From: Octopus bimaculoides
Lineage: Eukaryota
NCBI RefSeq assembly: GCF_001194135.2
Contig: NC_068990.1
Span: forward strand, 81,177,334 to 81,224,777
DNA length: 47,444 nucleotides
Direction of reading: 5' to 3'
Each line of letters opens with the position of its first letter. Positions within the stretch are counted from its first letter, which is position 1. The notes beneath the pieces were generated by a model. The model was given only the letters and a program-made list of their open reading frames with translations, searched no databases and was not told the origin of the DNA. Shown piece after piece: positions 46,945 to 47,444 of this stretch. A program made the position numbers and the translations under genes.

Positions 46945-47370
46945 TTCTTTTAGTTGTTTCAGTCATTTAACTAAGGCCTTGCTGGAGCACCGCCTTTAGT
47001 CGAGCAAATCGACCCCCAAGACTCATTCTTTGTAAGTCTAGCACGTATTCCATCGGTCGCTTTTAATCTCTTATCTCCCCAGACAAATAAATAAATAGAT
47101 AAGACAAATAAATAGAATATATAAATAAGATTTTGCCGAACTGCTAAGTTACTGGCACATAAACACACAAGCGATGTTGTCAAGCGATGCTGGAGGGGGG
47201 GGGCAAACACAGACGCATGAACATACACACACACACATATACGACGGGTTCTTTCATTTTTATTCGACTAAATTCACTCACAAGGCTATAGTAGAAGACA
47301 CTTGCCCAACTGAACCTGGAACCATGTGGATGGTAAGCAAGCTACTTACCACATAGGCACGCTTGCGCTT
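46945..47370 (-). mobile_element. SINE family B, near full length, with a 66-bp internal insertion
   Basis: Consensus is interrupted between catcggtcgctttt and ttttgccgaac by 47065-47130. Confidence 0.9.
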
Positions 47371-47410
47371 ATATATATACATATACACACACACACACAT
47401 ATGCATATAA

Positions 47411-47444
<34 letters not shown>

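Overview
AT-rich, repeat-dense animal genomic DNA from a short-read scaffold with 14 N-gaps, most next to (TA)n/(CA)n tracts. The SINE repertoire and microsatellite load match what I recall of octopod cephalopod (Octopus-like) genomes; this is recognition from memory, not a database hit. No confidently identifiable host gene is present, so the window looks intergenic or intronic, and most ORFs in the supplied track are microsatellite or N-gap artefacts. Supported content: at least four tRNA-derived SINE families (about 25 copies or fragments); six minus-strand pieces of R4/Dong-type restriction-like-endonuclease LINEs, four of them in a (TTA)n hot spot at 13.9-17.4 kb; degenerate Tc1, mariner and hAT transposases; a hAT MITE with a nested SINE; Penelope-like fragments; and a 170-bp foldback hairpin. 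The most unusual signal is a recurring ~300-bp repeat (five copies or fragments). It carries the hammerhead-ribozyme core boxes CUGAUGA and GAAAC in a non-canonical, non-nested order, with a stem that varies compensatorily between copies and two similar candidate cleavage arms. This is a structural hypothesis that needs in vitro testing.
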